Source: Escherichia virus TH27. Taken from it: DNA of 52,344 nucleotides. The notes below the pieces were generated by a model that saw only the letters and a list, made by a program, of their open reading frames with translations, did not search any database and was not told the origin of the DNA. Every line of letters begins with the position of its first letter. Positions within the stretch are counted from its first letter, which is position 1. A program made the position numbers and the translations under genes. Where the stretch lies: sequence record MT446401.1, one strand, 5' to 3'. Positions 16,782-26,064 of the stretch are shown here, in pieces.

Positions 16782-17057
16782 ATGGCTATCAAAAAAATCG
16801 TTGTTAAGAATATCGGCGCTTGTCTAATTCGTATCGAAAAGCAAGACCTAAAACCTGATGACGTACTGGAAGTGTCGGAAGCTCAAGTTAACTCCCAGGC
16901 ATTCAAATACCTTTTCTTGCGCAAAGAACTTGAGTTCGAAGACGATCCTAAGCGCACGCGTGAATACATCGCCGAAATCAAAAAGGCCGCGAAGGTTAAG
17001 CCGGAAAAAGAAGTGAAAGATATTGAAGATCTTGAAACTGGCAAGGAATACAAATAA
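16782..17057 (+). CDS. Small Lys/Glu-rich protein (91 aa) in its own promoter-terminator cassette
   Basis: RBS AAAAGGTAAATAA; flanked by consensus promoter and terminator. Confidence 0.7.
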   Translation: MAIKKIVVKNIGACLIRIEKQDLKPDDVLEVSEAQVNSQAFKYLFLRKELEFEDDPKRTREYIAEIKKAAKVKPEKEVKDIEDLETGKEYK

Positions 17058-17063
17058 CCTATA

Positions 17064-17089
17064 GGGGCGCTGATGCGTCCCTTTTTTTT
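17064..17089 (+). terminator. Rho-independent terminator
   Basis: ggggcgc-tgat-gcgtccc plus T8. Confidence 0.75.
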
Positions 17090-17106
17090 AACATGAGGAA
17101 GCTACT

Positions 17107-17520
17107 ATGAATGAAGATCAGATTAAGGCGTTCGAGTTTATGTGTCAGTTGGCACCAGCATTACGAAAGGTTGATAGCGTCACCTTCCTGGCATGGATGA
17201 TGTTGGCTGAATCCTTCGTGTGCAAGAATAAATTCGGTGCTGACTATTACAAGGCGCTAGCCCTGTATACCATGCACTTGATGTTTTTGGATGGCGCAAT
17301 GAAGGGAGAGAATGAAAGCCTGGAGAACTACTCACGGCGAGTAACGTCATTCTCCCTGAGCGGTGAATTTTCGACTGGCTACGGATCTGTAACTCAGAAC
17401 ACTGATGGGCGTCAGATTACACAAACCCCATGGGGCAAAATGTACGACGTTCTCAACAAGAAGAAAGGCGGCGGCTTCGGCCTTATCTCTGGTATTCGGG
17501 CGCGGGGGTGTGTGCGATGA
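17107..17520 (+). CDS. Head-tail connector / adaptor protein (137 aa)
   Basis: Position after capsid; RBS GAGGAAG. Confidence 0.6.
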   Translation: MNEDQIKAFEFMCQLAPALRKVDSVTFLAWMMLAESFVCKNKFGADYYKALALYTMHLMFLDGAMKGENESLENYSRRVTSFSLSGEFSTGYGSVTQNTDGRQITQTPWGKMYDVLNKKKGGGFGLISGIRARGCVR

Positions 17521-17897
17521 TTGATTATAACGAAGTCCAAAGGCTTACCGATCAGGGGATTAATGCCTTCTCTGGAAACGATGAGGTCGGATTCGACATC
17601 ATCATCTCTGGTGGCGGCGTCCAAATGGTTGACGGTGAAGAGGTGAAAGTACCGGAGGTTCTCGGCAAAGTTTTCGGCGCTGTACGAGCGATCAGCTATC
17701 ACATGATTGATGGCGAATCTATCAGGCTGGGAGACAAGCGCGCATTCTTCTCTAACGTCACGCCGATTGAGAACGGGATGATTATCATCATTGAGGGCCA
17801 GCACTGGCGAGTCGTTGACAATCGACCAGTTAACCCGACTCAATCTCACGTTATCGCATACCGTCCGATCTTGCGTAAGGTGGCGGCACATGGCTAA
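17517..17897 (+). CDS. Head closure / head-tail joining protein (126 aa)
   Basis: Internal ATG of track ORF 17430..17897 with ATGA coupling to upstream gene. Confidence 0.6.
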   Translation: MIDYNEVQRLTDQGINAFSGNDEVGFDIIISGGGVQMVDGEEVKVPEVLGKVFGAVRAISYHMIDGESIRLGDKRAFFSNVTPIENGMIIIIEGQHWRVVDNRPVNPTQSHVIAYRPILRKVAAHG

Positions 17898-18333
17898 CTA
17901 TATCGTCAGGAAATTCCAAGGCGATATAGAGAAGTGGATTAAGCGGGTTAAATCGGGCCTTGATGACGTTATTCGTGAGTTCGTCAAGGCTGTACACGCC
18001 GATTTAGTTAAAGGCTCTCCAGTCGATACAGGACGATTTAGAGCTAACTGGCAGATAACCTATAATCACATTCCAATGTACGCACTGAATGAGTATGACA
18101 AATCCGGTAACGCTACCATCGCCGCGGGCATACGAACTGCTAACGCATTGCCGTTAGGTCGTGGCGGCGCGGTAACTACCATCTATTTTTCTAACATGCT
18201 GATCTATGCAAATGCTCTGGAGTACGGACATTCACAGCAAGCTCCCGCTGGCGTGCTTGGCCTGGTGGCTATCCGGTTGAGATCTTACATGGCAGAAGCA
18301 ATTATTGAATCAAGGAATAAAAATGGTTTATGA
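17890..18333 (+). CDS. Tail completion protein, HK97 gp10-like (147 aa)
   Basis: Internal ATG of track ORF overlapping upstream stop; ANWQ...YANALEYGHS pattern. Confidence 0.6.
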   Translation: MANYIVRKFQGDIEKWIKRVKSGLDDVIREFVKAVHADLVKGSPVDTGRFRANWQITYNHIPMYALNEYDKSGNATIAAGIRTANALPLGRGGAVTTIYFSNMLIYANALEYGHSQQAPAGVLGLVAIRLRSYMAEAIIESRNKNGL

Positions 18334-18724
18334 CGATTATGACCTGGCGGTCGCGGCGCGCAAGGCGCTTTATGGTAAGTTCGGGGGTAGCTTTCCGATC
18401 ATGTGCGAGAACGTTCCATTCAAAGAGCCTGATGATGGCTCAACGTGGTTGAAGTTCGATTACATTCCGGCAGAGAAGACGTATAAATCTTTGAGCAGGA
18501 AGTGTATCAGGATTCGTGGCCTCGTACAGATTGGCATTGTGTTCTCGCCTGATACTGGCATGGACGACGCGCGCAAACTGGCAAAAGAAATTGCTAATTT
18601 CTTCGAAGATGGTAAAATCCTTTCTGTAGGTTTTATTTTTGAAGGCGCGAGCCAAAAGCCCGTGCAGAAATCACAAAGAGGCTGGTTAATTCCGATCCGC
18701 TTCACAGTACAATACGACGAATAA
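18323..18724 (+). CDS. Tail terminator / tail completion protein (133 aa)
   Basis: RBS AAGGAATAA; position immediately before major tail gene. Confidence 0.55.
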   Translation: MVYDDYDLAVAARKALYGKFGGSFPIMCENVPFKEPDDGSTWLKFDYIPAEKTYKSLSRKCIRIRGLVQIGIVFSPDTGMDDARKLAKEIANFFEDGKILSVGFIFEGASQKPVQKSQRGWLIPIRFTVQYDE

Positions 18725-18737
18725 AGGAGCATTAATT

Positions 18738-19400
18738 ATGGCACTTCCTAACGGTTCCCAAATCTTTATTGAGCAGGCCCGAGCAGCGACCGAAATCGAA
18801 GCAACCGCAGTGAGCAACGCGGAGAATCCGGTAGCAACTGTTTCATCGACCACTGGCATTGTGAAGGGCGATTACGTCCTGGTGCTGGAAAGCGTATGGG
18901 CTGCATTTAAAAATCGCGTAATGCGAGTGAAAGAAGTAACCCTGGACGCATCAATCACGCTTGAAGGTGACAAGAACACCTCTACGACTGACCTTAACAA
19001 GTTCCCAGCTGGCGGTGCTTCCACGCTGGTTAAGATCGAAAGCTGGATTGAAGTTCCGTGCGTGAGCGATATTGCAAAGTCTGGCGGCGAGCAGCAGTTC
19101 TATACCAAGCAGTGCTTGTCAGATGACCGAGAGAAGCAGATCCCGACTTTTAAATCTGCGACTTCCATCGCGTACACCTTCGACTTCGACTACTCGAATC
19201 CAATTACTCAGCTTCTGATTGGTTACGACGAAGACGGCAAAACCCGCGCAATGCGAATGTTCGTACCGAAGGCAAGCTATCCTATCCGCACCTTCTCTGG
19301 CACGCCATCTTTCGATGACATTCCTAACACGGTAATGAACGAAGATGAAACGACCATCCTGACCATCTCACTTGATGGCAAATACACGCATATGAAATAG
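18738..19400 (+). CDS. Major tail protein (220 aa)
   Basis: RBS AAGGAG; position before G/GT chaperone; strong terminator downstream. Confidence 0.75.
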   Translation: MALPNGSQIFIEQARAATEIEATAVSNAENPVATVSSTTGIVKGDYVLVLESVWAAFKNRVMRVKEVTLDASITLEGDKNTSTTDLNKFPAGGASTLVKIESWIEVPCVSDIAKSGGEQQFYTKQCLSDDREKQIPTFKSATSIAYTFDFDYSNPITQLLIGYDEDGKTRAMRMFVPKASYPIRTFSGTPSFDDIPNTVMNEDETTILTISLDGKYTHMK

Positions 19401-19410
19401 TCTGAGTAAT

Positions 19411-19435
19411 GCAAGGGGGCTATTGCCCCCTTTTT
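19411..19435 (+). terminator. Rho-independent terminator
   Basis: gcaaggggg-ctatt-gcccccttttt. Confidence 0.75.
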
Positions 19436-19481
19436 CTATTTGTGATTTAATATCACCAATTCAAACAAAGAGGAAAACACC

Positions 19482-19799
19482 ATGAGCTTTAAAGTAACCC
19501 TATCTGAACGCCTGCCAGACTTCCCGCTTCCGGTTAAATTCGTATTGCCGAACGGCGTTGAAGCTTCGTTTTCATTCACTGTCAAGGCGCTAACGTCATC
19601 CGAGCTTAACGCTACGCTGAAAGAAGCAAGCAATCAGACAGGAGCGCAGTTTATTAAATCCATGGCTAGTGGGTGGGAACTTGAAGATGAGTTCAATGAT
19701 GAAAACATCAATGAGCTTGTTGATCGCTACCCTGCCGTTGTTGGTGGCCTGATCTCAACTTACACTCAAGCGCTTGCTGGCTACCGAGTAAAAAACTAA
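19482..19799 (+). CDS. Tail assembly chaperone G (105 aa)
   Basis: RBS AAGAGGAAAA; ends at slippery heptamer. Confidence 0.8.
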   Translation: MSFKVTLSERLPDFPLPVKFVLPNGVEASFSFTVKALTSSELNATLKEASNQTGAQFIKSMASGWELEDEFNDENINELVDRYPAVVGGLISTYTQALAGYRVKN

Positions 19800-20110
19800 A
19801 ACGGGCGGTCGAGCTACTATTCAGACGAGCGCCCACCGATTCAGAGCTGGAGGCATACGGATTAACCCGTGAAGACTACGACAATGAAGAGCCGGAGATA
19901 TTGCAGTTCGACGAGGAAACATACCAGTCATGGGAAGTATTCACCGCGATGCAAACGCAATGGAGATCTGCCGGAGCCGGAGCCTACGGGCTTGATTATA
20001 ATGTCTTGCCTATGCTATTTCGAATCTATAAAATAGATTGTGAAGAAATGGCCTTAAATGATGTGCGTGTGATGGAAGCGGAAGCGCTTAAGCAGATGCA
20101 CAAAAAATAA
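19482..20110 (+). CDS. Tail assembly chaperone GT, made by -1 frameshift at A AAA AAC (19790..19796)
   Basis: Slippery heptamer directly before G stop; -1 frame open from 19793 to 20110; classic G/GT arrangement before tape measure. Confidence 0.7.
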
Positions 20111-20112
20111 TA

Positions 20113-20132
20113 GCGCCTACGGGCGCTTTTTT
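20113..20132 (+). terminator. Rho-independent terminator / attenuator
   Basis: gcgcc-tac-gggcgc plus T6. Confidence 0.6.
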
Positions 20133-20146
20133 CGTATGGGGGTTTT

Positions 20147-23050
20147 ATGACAGATAAATTTGCAGGGCTATCGCTTGGGGTTGACGTATCCCAGGTTGAC
20201 GCGGCGGTTAAATCTCTGGATGACTTATCCAGGGCAAACAACACAGCCGGAAAGAGCTTTGACAATTTCATTGATGCCGAGCAAGTAGCAAAGCAGAAGA
20301 TGAAAGAGTTCAACAACGAGGTTAAGCGCCAGAAGAAAGAATTTGCCGACGTAGAGAAAGCTATCGATCCTACAATCGGAAAAATGCGCCAATTGCAGAA
20401 GGCGAGCGTCGACCTTGACAATCTCTGGAGCAAAGGCCTAGTTCCAGACGCCGAGTTCTTCAATCTGTCAAGCATGATTGAAACTCAGATCAATGCACTT
20501 AACCGCTCCAAGATGGCGCTGACCGAAGAAGGCCGCGCGGCTATGGCTAACTCAAAAGCCAAAGATGCGGCAACAAAGGACGCTGACAGATTCCTTAAAT
20601 CACTGCAAGAACAAGCTAACGCCGCGACAATGACCAAGACTGAGCTTCTCGAATTGAAGGCGGCACAGCTTGGAGTATCGACTCAGGCCGCACCTTTAAT
20701 TGCAGCGATGAACAAGCAGGCGGCAGCGACCAACGCGGCGGGCCTTTCCGCTGGCGAGTACAAGAACGCATTGCGCATTCTTCCAATGCAGATTACTGAC
20801 GTTGTTACCTCACTTGCCTCCGGCATGCCAGTATGGCTGGTTGCAATTCAGCAGGGAGGTCAGATTAAGGATTCATTCGGAGGCGTTGGTAACACGTTCA
20901 AGGTTTTGCTTTCGTATCTGAATCCGGTAACAGTTGGAATGACGGCGATGGGCCTCGCAATGGCAGCAGTAGCAAAGGCTGGATATGACTCGTACAGCGC
21001 AATCTCTGGAATGCGAAATGCTCTTATTGAAACTGGTGGGTACGCAGCATCAACGGCTGAAGAGCTTGACGCAGTAGCAAGGTCAATAGCAGATACAAGT
21101 GACGCTACAATCGGATCAGTGAGGGATATCGCTACCGAGTTAGCTAAGAGCGGTAAGTACACGAAAGATCAGATTAGGGAAATCACCCGCGCTACTGCTG
21201 AATGGTCAACCGCTACCGGTAAGTCAACGAAGGAAATCATTAGCGACTTTGCGAAGATAACTGACGATCCTATTAAAGGATTGGCTAAACTAAATGAGCA
21301 GTACAACTTCCTTGAGAAGGGAGAGTTGACTAGGATTGAGAATATCAGGAAGACTGTTGGTGAAACAGAGGCGGCAACAGAGGCGACCAGATTGTTTGGT
21401 GACACGATGGTTGAGCGAATGAAGCTCATCGCCGACAGTGCTACACCACTTGAAAAGATGTGGACTGATATCAAGAATTGGGCTTCAGACGCATGGGGCT
21501 GGGTGGGGGATCACACGCTTGGCGCGCTAAACCTTATAGTTGACGTAGTTAGCGGTACTGTTCTTCAGGTTAAAATGATTCTCGCTAAAGGTGATGAGTA
21601 CATCTCAAACTTTATCGCCAGCGCAATTAAGGCAACTCAATCCATTCCAGGTGCAGGTGATTTTGGGAAGGAACTTCTTGCAGAGCAGGAGTCTATCGCC
21701 AAGCAGTCCCGTGACAACTACGAGCAAATGGCTAGTGAGCTTGATGCGATAAACGCCAGGGTTGAAAATGGTGAGATGGGTTATATTGACGCAATGAAGA
21801 AGCGTCAGGATATTCAGAAGGCCTACTCAGACGAAACAAAGAAATCAGTTAAGGACGAAGCCAAGGCAATAGAAGATGCCAACAAGAAGAAAACTTCAAG
21901 CGCTGGTAAGGTTAATAAGGGAGCTACAGAGCAACTTGATAAGGAGTTGTATGTTCTGAAAGCTCAATTGAAAGTGCTTCAGGAGCACAGCCAAATTGAC
22001 GAGAAGATCTCAAGACAGAGGAAAGCACTTTGGGCAACTGAGGCGCAGATCGCAATATTGCAGGAAGCGCAGACTAAGAGGAAGCTCACCTCTGAAGAAC
22101 AGTCGATGTTAACCAGTCAGCAGAAGGTGCTTTCTCTGGCGAAGGAAAAAGCCGAGCTTGGTGATCAGATTGTCGCGCAGGAGAAGATCAATAAACTCAC
22201 TGATGACTCAATGAAGTTTATACTTCAGATTGACGCTGCGAGCAAGTCCCTGAATGAGACAAGGGCTATAGGTACTCGCGAAGCGGAGCGGCAGATCCAG
22301 CTTGAGAAAATTAGAGCTGATTACATGTCTAAAGGTGGCGGCGCGGATGACTCAGCACTGTCGAACATGATTGATAAGCAGAAGGAGTATTACGCGCAAG
22401 AAGATCAGCTAAGAGGTGATTGGCTGGCAGGCGCACAGAAGGCATTCGCCGATTACGGTGACAGCGCTACAGACATGTACACAAACGTAGGAAACATCGC
22501 ATCAAGCGCCCTGACTGGTTTGTCTGATATGATGACCGAGTTTTTGATGACTGGCCAGGCCAACTTTGCCGACTTTGCAAAGAGCATTATCAGCCAGATC
22601 ATTAAGATGATCACGCAGATGGTAATCTTCAACTCACTTTCAGGAATGATGGGTGGCTCTGGTGGATTCTCATTCGCCAATATGGGATTCGCTACTGGCG
22701 GCTACACCGGAGACGGTGGGAAGTATGAGGCAGCTGGCACTGTTCATAAAGGTGAGTTTGTGATGACGAAGGAGGCGACAAAGCGCATCGGAGTTGATAA
22801 CCTGTACAGAATGATGCGTGGTTATGCAAGCGGCGGTATCGTTGGCGGTTCATCTTCTGGTGGCGCTGGTGTTAGTTATGCTGGCGGAGCATCGGTTGGG
22901 ATTAACAGTATCAACGTAAGCGTCAACAATGGCAGCGACCCGAAAGGAATGGAAAGTGGAATCAAGGCTATCTTCACGCAAATGATTCAGAAGTCCTGCT
23001 CTCAGGGTGGCGAAGTGTTCAACTATGTAAGTCAGAAAACGGGGAGTTAA
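20147..23050 (+). CDS. Tape measure protein (967 aa)
   Basis: Long coiled-coil-rich protein with Gly-rich C-terminus, between GT chaperone and minor tail genes. Confidence 0.9.
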   Translation: MTDKFAGLSLGVDVSQVDAAVKSLDDLSRANNTAGKSFDNFIDAEQVAKQKMKEFNNEVKRQKKEFADVEKAIDPTIGKMRQLQKASVDLDNLWSKGLVPDAEFFNLSSMIETQINALNRSKMALTEEGRAAMANSKAKDAATKDADRFLKSLQEQANAATMTKTELLELKAAQLGVSTQAAPLIAAMNKQAAATNAAGLSAGEYKNALRILPMQITDVVTSLASGMPVWLVAIQQGGQIKDSFGGVGNTFKVLLSYLNPVTVGMTAMGLAMAAVAKAGYDSYSAISGMRNALIETGGYAASTAEELDAVARSIADTSDATIGSVRDIATELAKSGKYTKDQIREITRATAEWSTATGKSTKEIISDFAKITDDPIKGLAKLNEQYNFLEKGELTRIENIRKTVGETEAATEATRLFGDTMVERMKLIADSATPLEKMWTDIKNWASDAWGWVGDHTLGALNLIVDVVSGTVLQVKMILAKGDEYISNFIASAIKATQSIPGAGDFGKELLAEQESIAKQSRDNYEQMASELDAINARVENGEMGYIDAMKKRQDIQKAYSDETKKSVKDEAKAIEDANKKKTSSAGKVNKGATEQLDKELYVLKAQLKVLQEHSQIDEKISRQRKALWATEAQIAILQEAQTKRKLTSEEQSMLTSQQKVLSLAKEKAELGDQIVAQEKINKLTDDSMKFILQIDAASKSLNETRAIGTREAERQIQLEKIRADYMSKGGGADDSALSNMIDKQKEYYAQEDQLRGDWLAGAQKAFADYGDSATDMYTNVGNIASSALTGLSDMMTEFLMTGQANFADFAKSIISQIIKMITQMVIFNSLSGMMGGSGGFSFANMGFATGGYTGDGGKYEAAGTVHKGEFVMTKEATKRIGVDNLYRMMRGYASGGIVGGSSSGGAGVSYAGGASVGINSINVSVNNGSDPKGMESGIKAIFTQMIQKSCSQGGEVFNYVSQKTGS

Positions 23051-23400
23051 TGATGGCACTGGATTCTTTTAAATGGTGCGTCCAGGTTCAGGATAGTGGC
23101 GGCGCAATGTCCGTCACTAACAATGACAGGCAGGTGCAGTTTGGCAACGGTTATCGACAAGTTGCATCGTCTGGATTTAACACTGAGCGACGTGAGTACA
23201 CGATCAGCTACGCTGGTTCGGATTGGGCTGAGGTTAGGGAATTTCTTAGGGGGCACAGGCTTACGCCATTCGCATTCCAGCCACCGGAGGATAGGTTGGG
23301 GGTTTTTCTTCTCAAGCCTGACACTCTAAACACGCAGCCAATTGGTCGTGGCAATCTGATTGTTAAGTGCACCATTGTGGAAGCATTCACAGCGGTGTAG
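23050..23400 (+). CDS. Minor tail protein, lambda M-like (116 aa)
   Basis: Position and size; start overlaps tape-measure stop. Confidence 0.75.
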   Translation: MMALDSFKWCVQVQDSGGAMSVTNNDRQVQFGNGYRQVASSGFNTERREYTISYAGSDWAEVREFLRGHRLTPFAFQPPEDRLGVFLLKPDTLNTQPIGRGNLIVKCTIVEAFTAV

Positions 23401-23404
23401 AATA

Positions 23405-23428
23405 AAGCCTCCTAACGGGGGCTTTTTA
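23405..23428 (+). terminator. Rho-independent terminator / attenuator
   Basis: agcctcc-taac-gggggct (one G-U) plus T5. Confidence 0.55.
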
Positions 23429-23439
23429 TTGGAGGTAAT

Positions 23440-24186
23440 ATGTCACCGAACTTTGAAAACACGCTACAGAGCCTATTCCCTGGTGAAATCATCACGCTAA
23501 TTGAAGTTGATGCCACCAAGTTTGGAGGGAATGTTTATCGGTTCCATGGGGAGAATATCCAGTTCACACCAGAAGAAATTATGGCAGCTACGCAGCCTGG
23601 CGGGAGCCTACAGCCAAAGTCAATCATCTTTCATGGGAATGAGTACGGTGCTCGGCCTTTCGGCATTTCAGGAATTGAGATGAATGGGAATGGTAAGGCA
23701 GGAAAGCCGCAGCTAACTCTATCAAACCTTGATAGTCGCGTATCTGCGCTAATTCGGTCATACAACGGCATGATGCAAGCCAAGGTGACAATATGGATTA
23801 CCGCAAAAGACCTGCTTGCAGACGACGGCTCAGTAGCTTCTGGTGACTATCGAAAATACGTTTATTACATCGAGAGGCCAAACCTTGTAAACAACAATGT
23901 CGCCAGCTTCGACCTAACTTCGCCATACGATATGGACGGCATCATGATCCCACCGCGAGTTACTCAGAGCGTGTGCTTTTGGGCCATGCGTGGTTGGTAT
24001 CGAAGCGGTCAGGGGTGTGGGTATAATGGAGCGGCAATGTTCGACAAGGATAACAAACCAGTCAGTGAACCAGGCCTTGATTACTGCGCGGGAACTGCAA
24101 CTGCTTGCAAACTGAGATTTGGCGCTGATAACGAACTCGATTTTGGCGGTTGCGCGATCGCCTCACTTGACAGGAAAAACCAATGA
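23440..24186 (+). CDS. Minor tail protein, lambda L-like (248 aa)
   Basis: Position; C-terminal cysteine cluster; RBS GGAGG. Confidence 0.8.
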   Translation: MSPNFENTLQSLFPGEIITLIEVDATKFGGNVYRFHGENIQFTPEEIMAATQPGGSLQPKSIIFHGNEYGARPFGISGIEMNGNGKAGKPQLTLSNLDSRVSALIRSYNGMMQAKVTIWITAKDLLADDGSVASGDYRKYVYYIERPNLVNNNVASFDLTSPYDMDGIMIPPRVTQSVCFWAMRGWYRSGQGCGYNGAAMFDKDNKPVSEPGLDYCAGTATACKLRFGADNELDFGGCAIASLDRKNQ

Positions 24187-24917
24187 TTAACGGCAAAATT
24201 AAGATGGCAATCTTCGAACATGCAAAATCAGTTTACCCCAATGAATGTTGCGGGGTGGTCACTCAGAAAGGACGAGTGCAAAAATACTGGCCTATTGACA
24301 ACGTTCACTCGGAACCGGAAAAAGGTTTTCAGCTTCATTCGGTACAGTACGCTTGCGTTGAGGATGACGCCGACCTAACTACAATCGCTATCGTCCATAG
24401 CCATACTGGCGACGGGGCCACCACTTTACCAAGCGCTCACGACCTGTGTATGTTAAACGAGATGGAAGTGCCATGGGTTATTGTAAGTATTCCGGAAGGT
24501 GATATGAGAATCGTTAACCCTGAAGCCATGCCTCTGATTGGTCGCCCATGGTCGCTCGGATCGTTCGATTGCTGGGGATTGGTGATGGCGTGGCACAAAG
24601 AACATGGCGTGATCCTGAATGACTTCCGAAAGCCTTACGAATGGTGGAAGCCTGAATATGGAGAGAATCTATACCAGGACAACTACATTAAGGAGGGGTT
24701 CGTTGAAACAGGAAAAGATCCAGAACCTGGTGATATGGTTATCATGAAACTACAGGCTGATGTGTGGAATCACGCTGGGATTTACCTTGGAAATAATCAA
24801 CTCCTTCACCACGCATTCGGTAAGCTGTCAAAGACGGATATTTACTCAGGCTGGTTCCAGGATCACACAGTTATGGTTTGCAGACATAAGGAATTAAAGA
24901 ATGAAATCATGCTCTAA
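24183..24917 (+). CDS. Tail assembly protein, lambda K-like (244 aa): JAMM/MPN plus NlpC/P60-like
   Basis: HSHTGDGATTLPSAHD metal-binding motif; C-terminal Cys/His; ATGA coupling. Confidence 0.8.
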   Translation: MINGKIKMAIFEHAKSVYPNECCGVVTQKGRVQKYWPIDNVHSEPEKGFQLHSVQYACVEDDADLTTIAIVHSHTGDGATTLPSAHDLCMLNEMEVPWVIVSIPEGDMRIVNPEAMPLIGRPWSLGSFDCWGLVMAWHKEHGVILNDFRKPYEWWKPEYGENLYQDNYIKEGFVETGKDPEPGDMVIMKLQADVWNHAGIYLGNNQLLHHAFGKLSKTDIYSGWFQDHTVMVCRHKELKNEIML

Positions 24918-25395
24918 GTGCGGAGAGGTTAAACCTCTAGATATGTTCTATAAAAATAGCGGTTGCGTTGGTGGATATAGGCATGACTGCAAGAGCTGCG
25001 CAAACAAAGCAAGAAAGATTGCTAGAAGTAGAGATATTGACACAACAAGGGAGTATGGTAGGAAGTATGCTAAAGAGTGGATTTCAAGAAACGCAGAGAA
25101 AACAAAAATGTATGGCTATGAAAAATTAGACAAAAAGAAAATCAGAGATAACGACCTTGATTTGGATTTTTGCATTAATGAAATGAAGAAGCCATGTATT
25201 TATTGTGGATTCACTGATAATCCATGTAACGGACTGGATAGAATTGATAATTCCATTGGTCACATAAAAGAAAACTGCGTACCATGCTGTCAGTTGTGTA
25301 ACGTAACAAGAATGGATAATTACTCACATCAAGAGTTCTTAGAATATATGGCTCCTGGTATAGTGGCGTTAAGAAAAAGTAGAGGTGAAATATAA
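24901..25395 (+). CDS. HNH homing endonuclease (164 aa) inserted between tail genes K and I
   Basis: Cys-rich zinc-ribbon segments, GLDRIDNSIGH...N motif; AT-rich relative to neighbours. Confidence 0.75.
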   Translation: MKSCSKCGEVKPLDMFYKNSGCVGGYRHDCKSCANKARKIARSRDIDTTREYGRKYAKEWISRNAEKTKMYGYEKLDKKKIRDNDLDLDFCINEMKKPCIYCGFTDNPCNGLDRIDNSIGHIKENCVPCCQLCNVTRMDNYSHQEFLEYMAPGIVALRKSRGEI

Positions 25396-25988
25396 TGTTA
25401 AAAACAATTAAGCTATCCGGTTCGCTGGGCCGTCGATTCGGTGTTTTCCATAAGTTCGACGTTGACTCATACCCCGAAGCAATTCGGGCGTTATCCTCCC
25501 AGGTGGAAGGGTTCAAGGAGTTTATGCAGAGTGAGATCGGTTCACGTATGCACTTTGCTGTGTTCGTTGACGGAAAGAATGTAGGCCAGCATGACGAGGC
25601 CGCGTTCAGTTGCGCAAAGGAGATTAGGGTAATCCCGATCCCTACAGGTTCAAAGAGTGGAGGCATGTTCCAAATCGTATTGGGTGCTGCAATGATGGTT
25701 GCCGCATTCTACACTGGCGGCGCATCACTAGCGCTTATGGGCACATTCGCAACGTCAGCATTTATGATGGGTGGGGCAATGGTTCTCGGCGGTGTAATGC
25801 AGATGATTTCACCACAACAGGGCGGAGCTAAGATGGAAATTCAGAGCAGCAAGAATAGGCCATCTTACGCATTTGGCGGGGCAGTGAACACCACGGCGGC
25901 AGGGAACCCGATACCTATCCCATACGGGTACAGAACTGTTGGCGGGGCTACTTTCTCAGCGTACAGCCTGGCAGAAGATATGGACTAA
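25395..25988 (+). CDS. Tail assembly protein, lambda I-like (197 aa)
   Basis: Gly/Ala/Met-rich hydrophobic central segment; position before J. Confidence 0.8.
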   Translation: MLKTIKLSGSLGRRFGVFHKFDVDSYPEAIRALSSQVEGFKEFMQSEIGSRMHFAVFVDGKNVGQHDEAAFSCAKEIRVIPIPTGSKSGGMFQIVLGAAMMVAAFYTGGASLALMGTFATSAFMMGGAMVLGGVMQMISPQQGGAKMEIQSSKNRPSYAFGGAVNTTAAGNPIPIPYGYRTVGGATFSAYSLAEDMD

Positions 25989-25994
25989 TTAATA

Positions 25995-26019
25995 ACCTCC
26001 CTTGTGGAGGTTTTTTTTC
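25995..26019 (+). terminator. Rho-independent terminator / attenuator
   Basis: acctccc-ttg-tggaggt plus T8. Confidence 0.65.
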
Positions 26020-26064
26020 GCCTGTATAATGAAAATCAAACAAACGCACAAAAGGTTAAACATT

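Noticed and set aside
26002-26064. Track start of the J gene at 26002
   Set aside because: The first 21 codons overlap the terminator hairpin and T-tract; the ATG at 26065 with an RBS is a better start.
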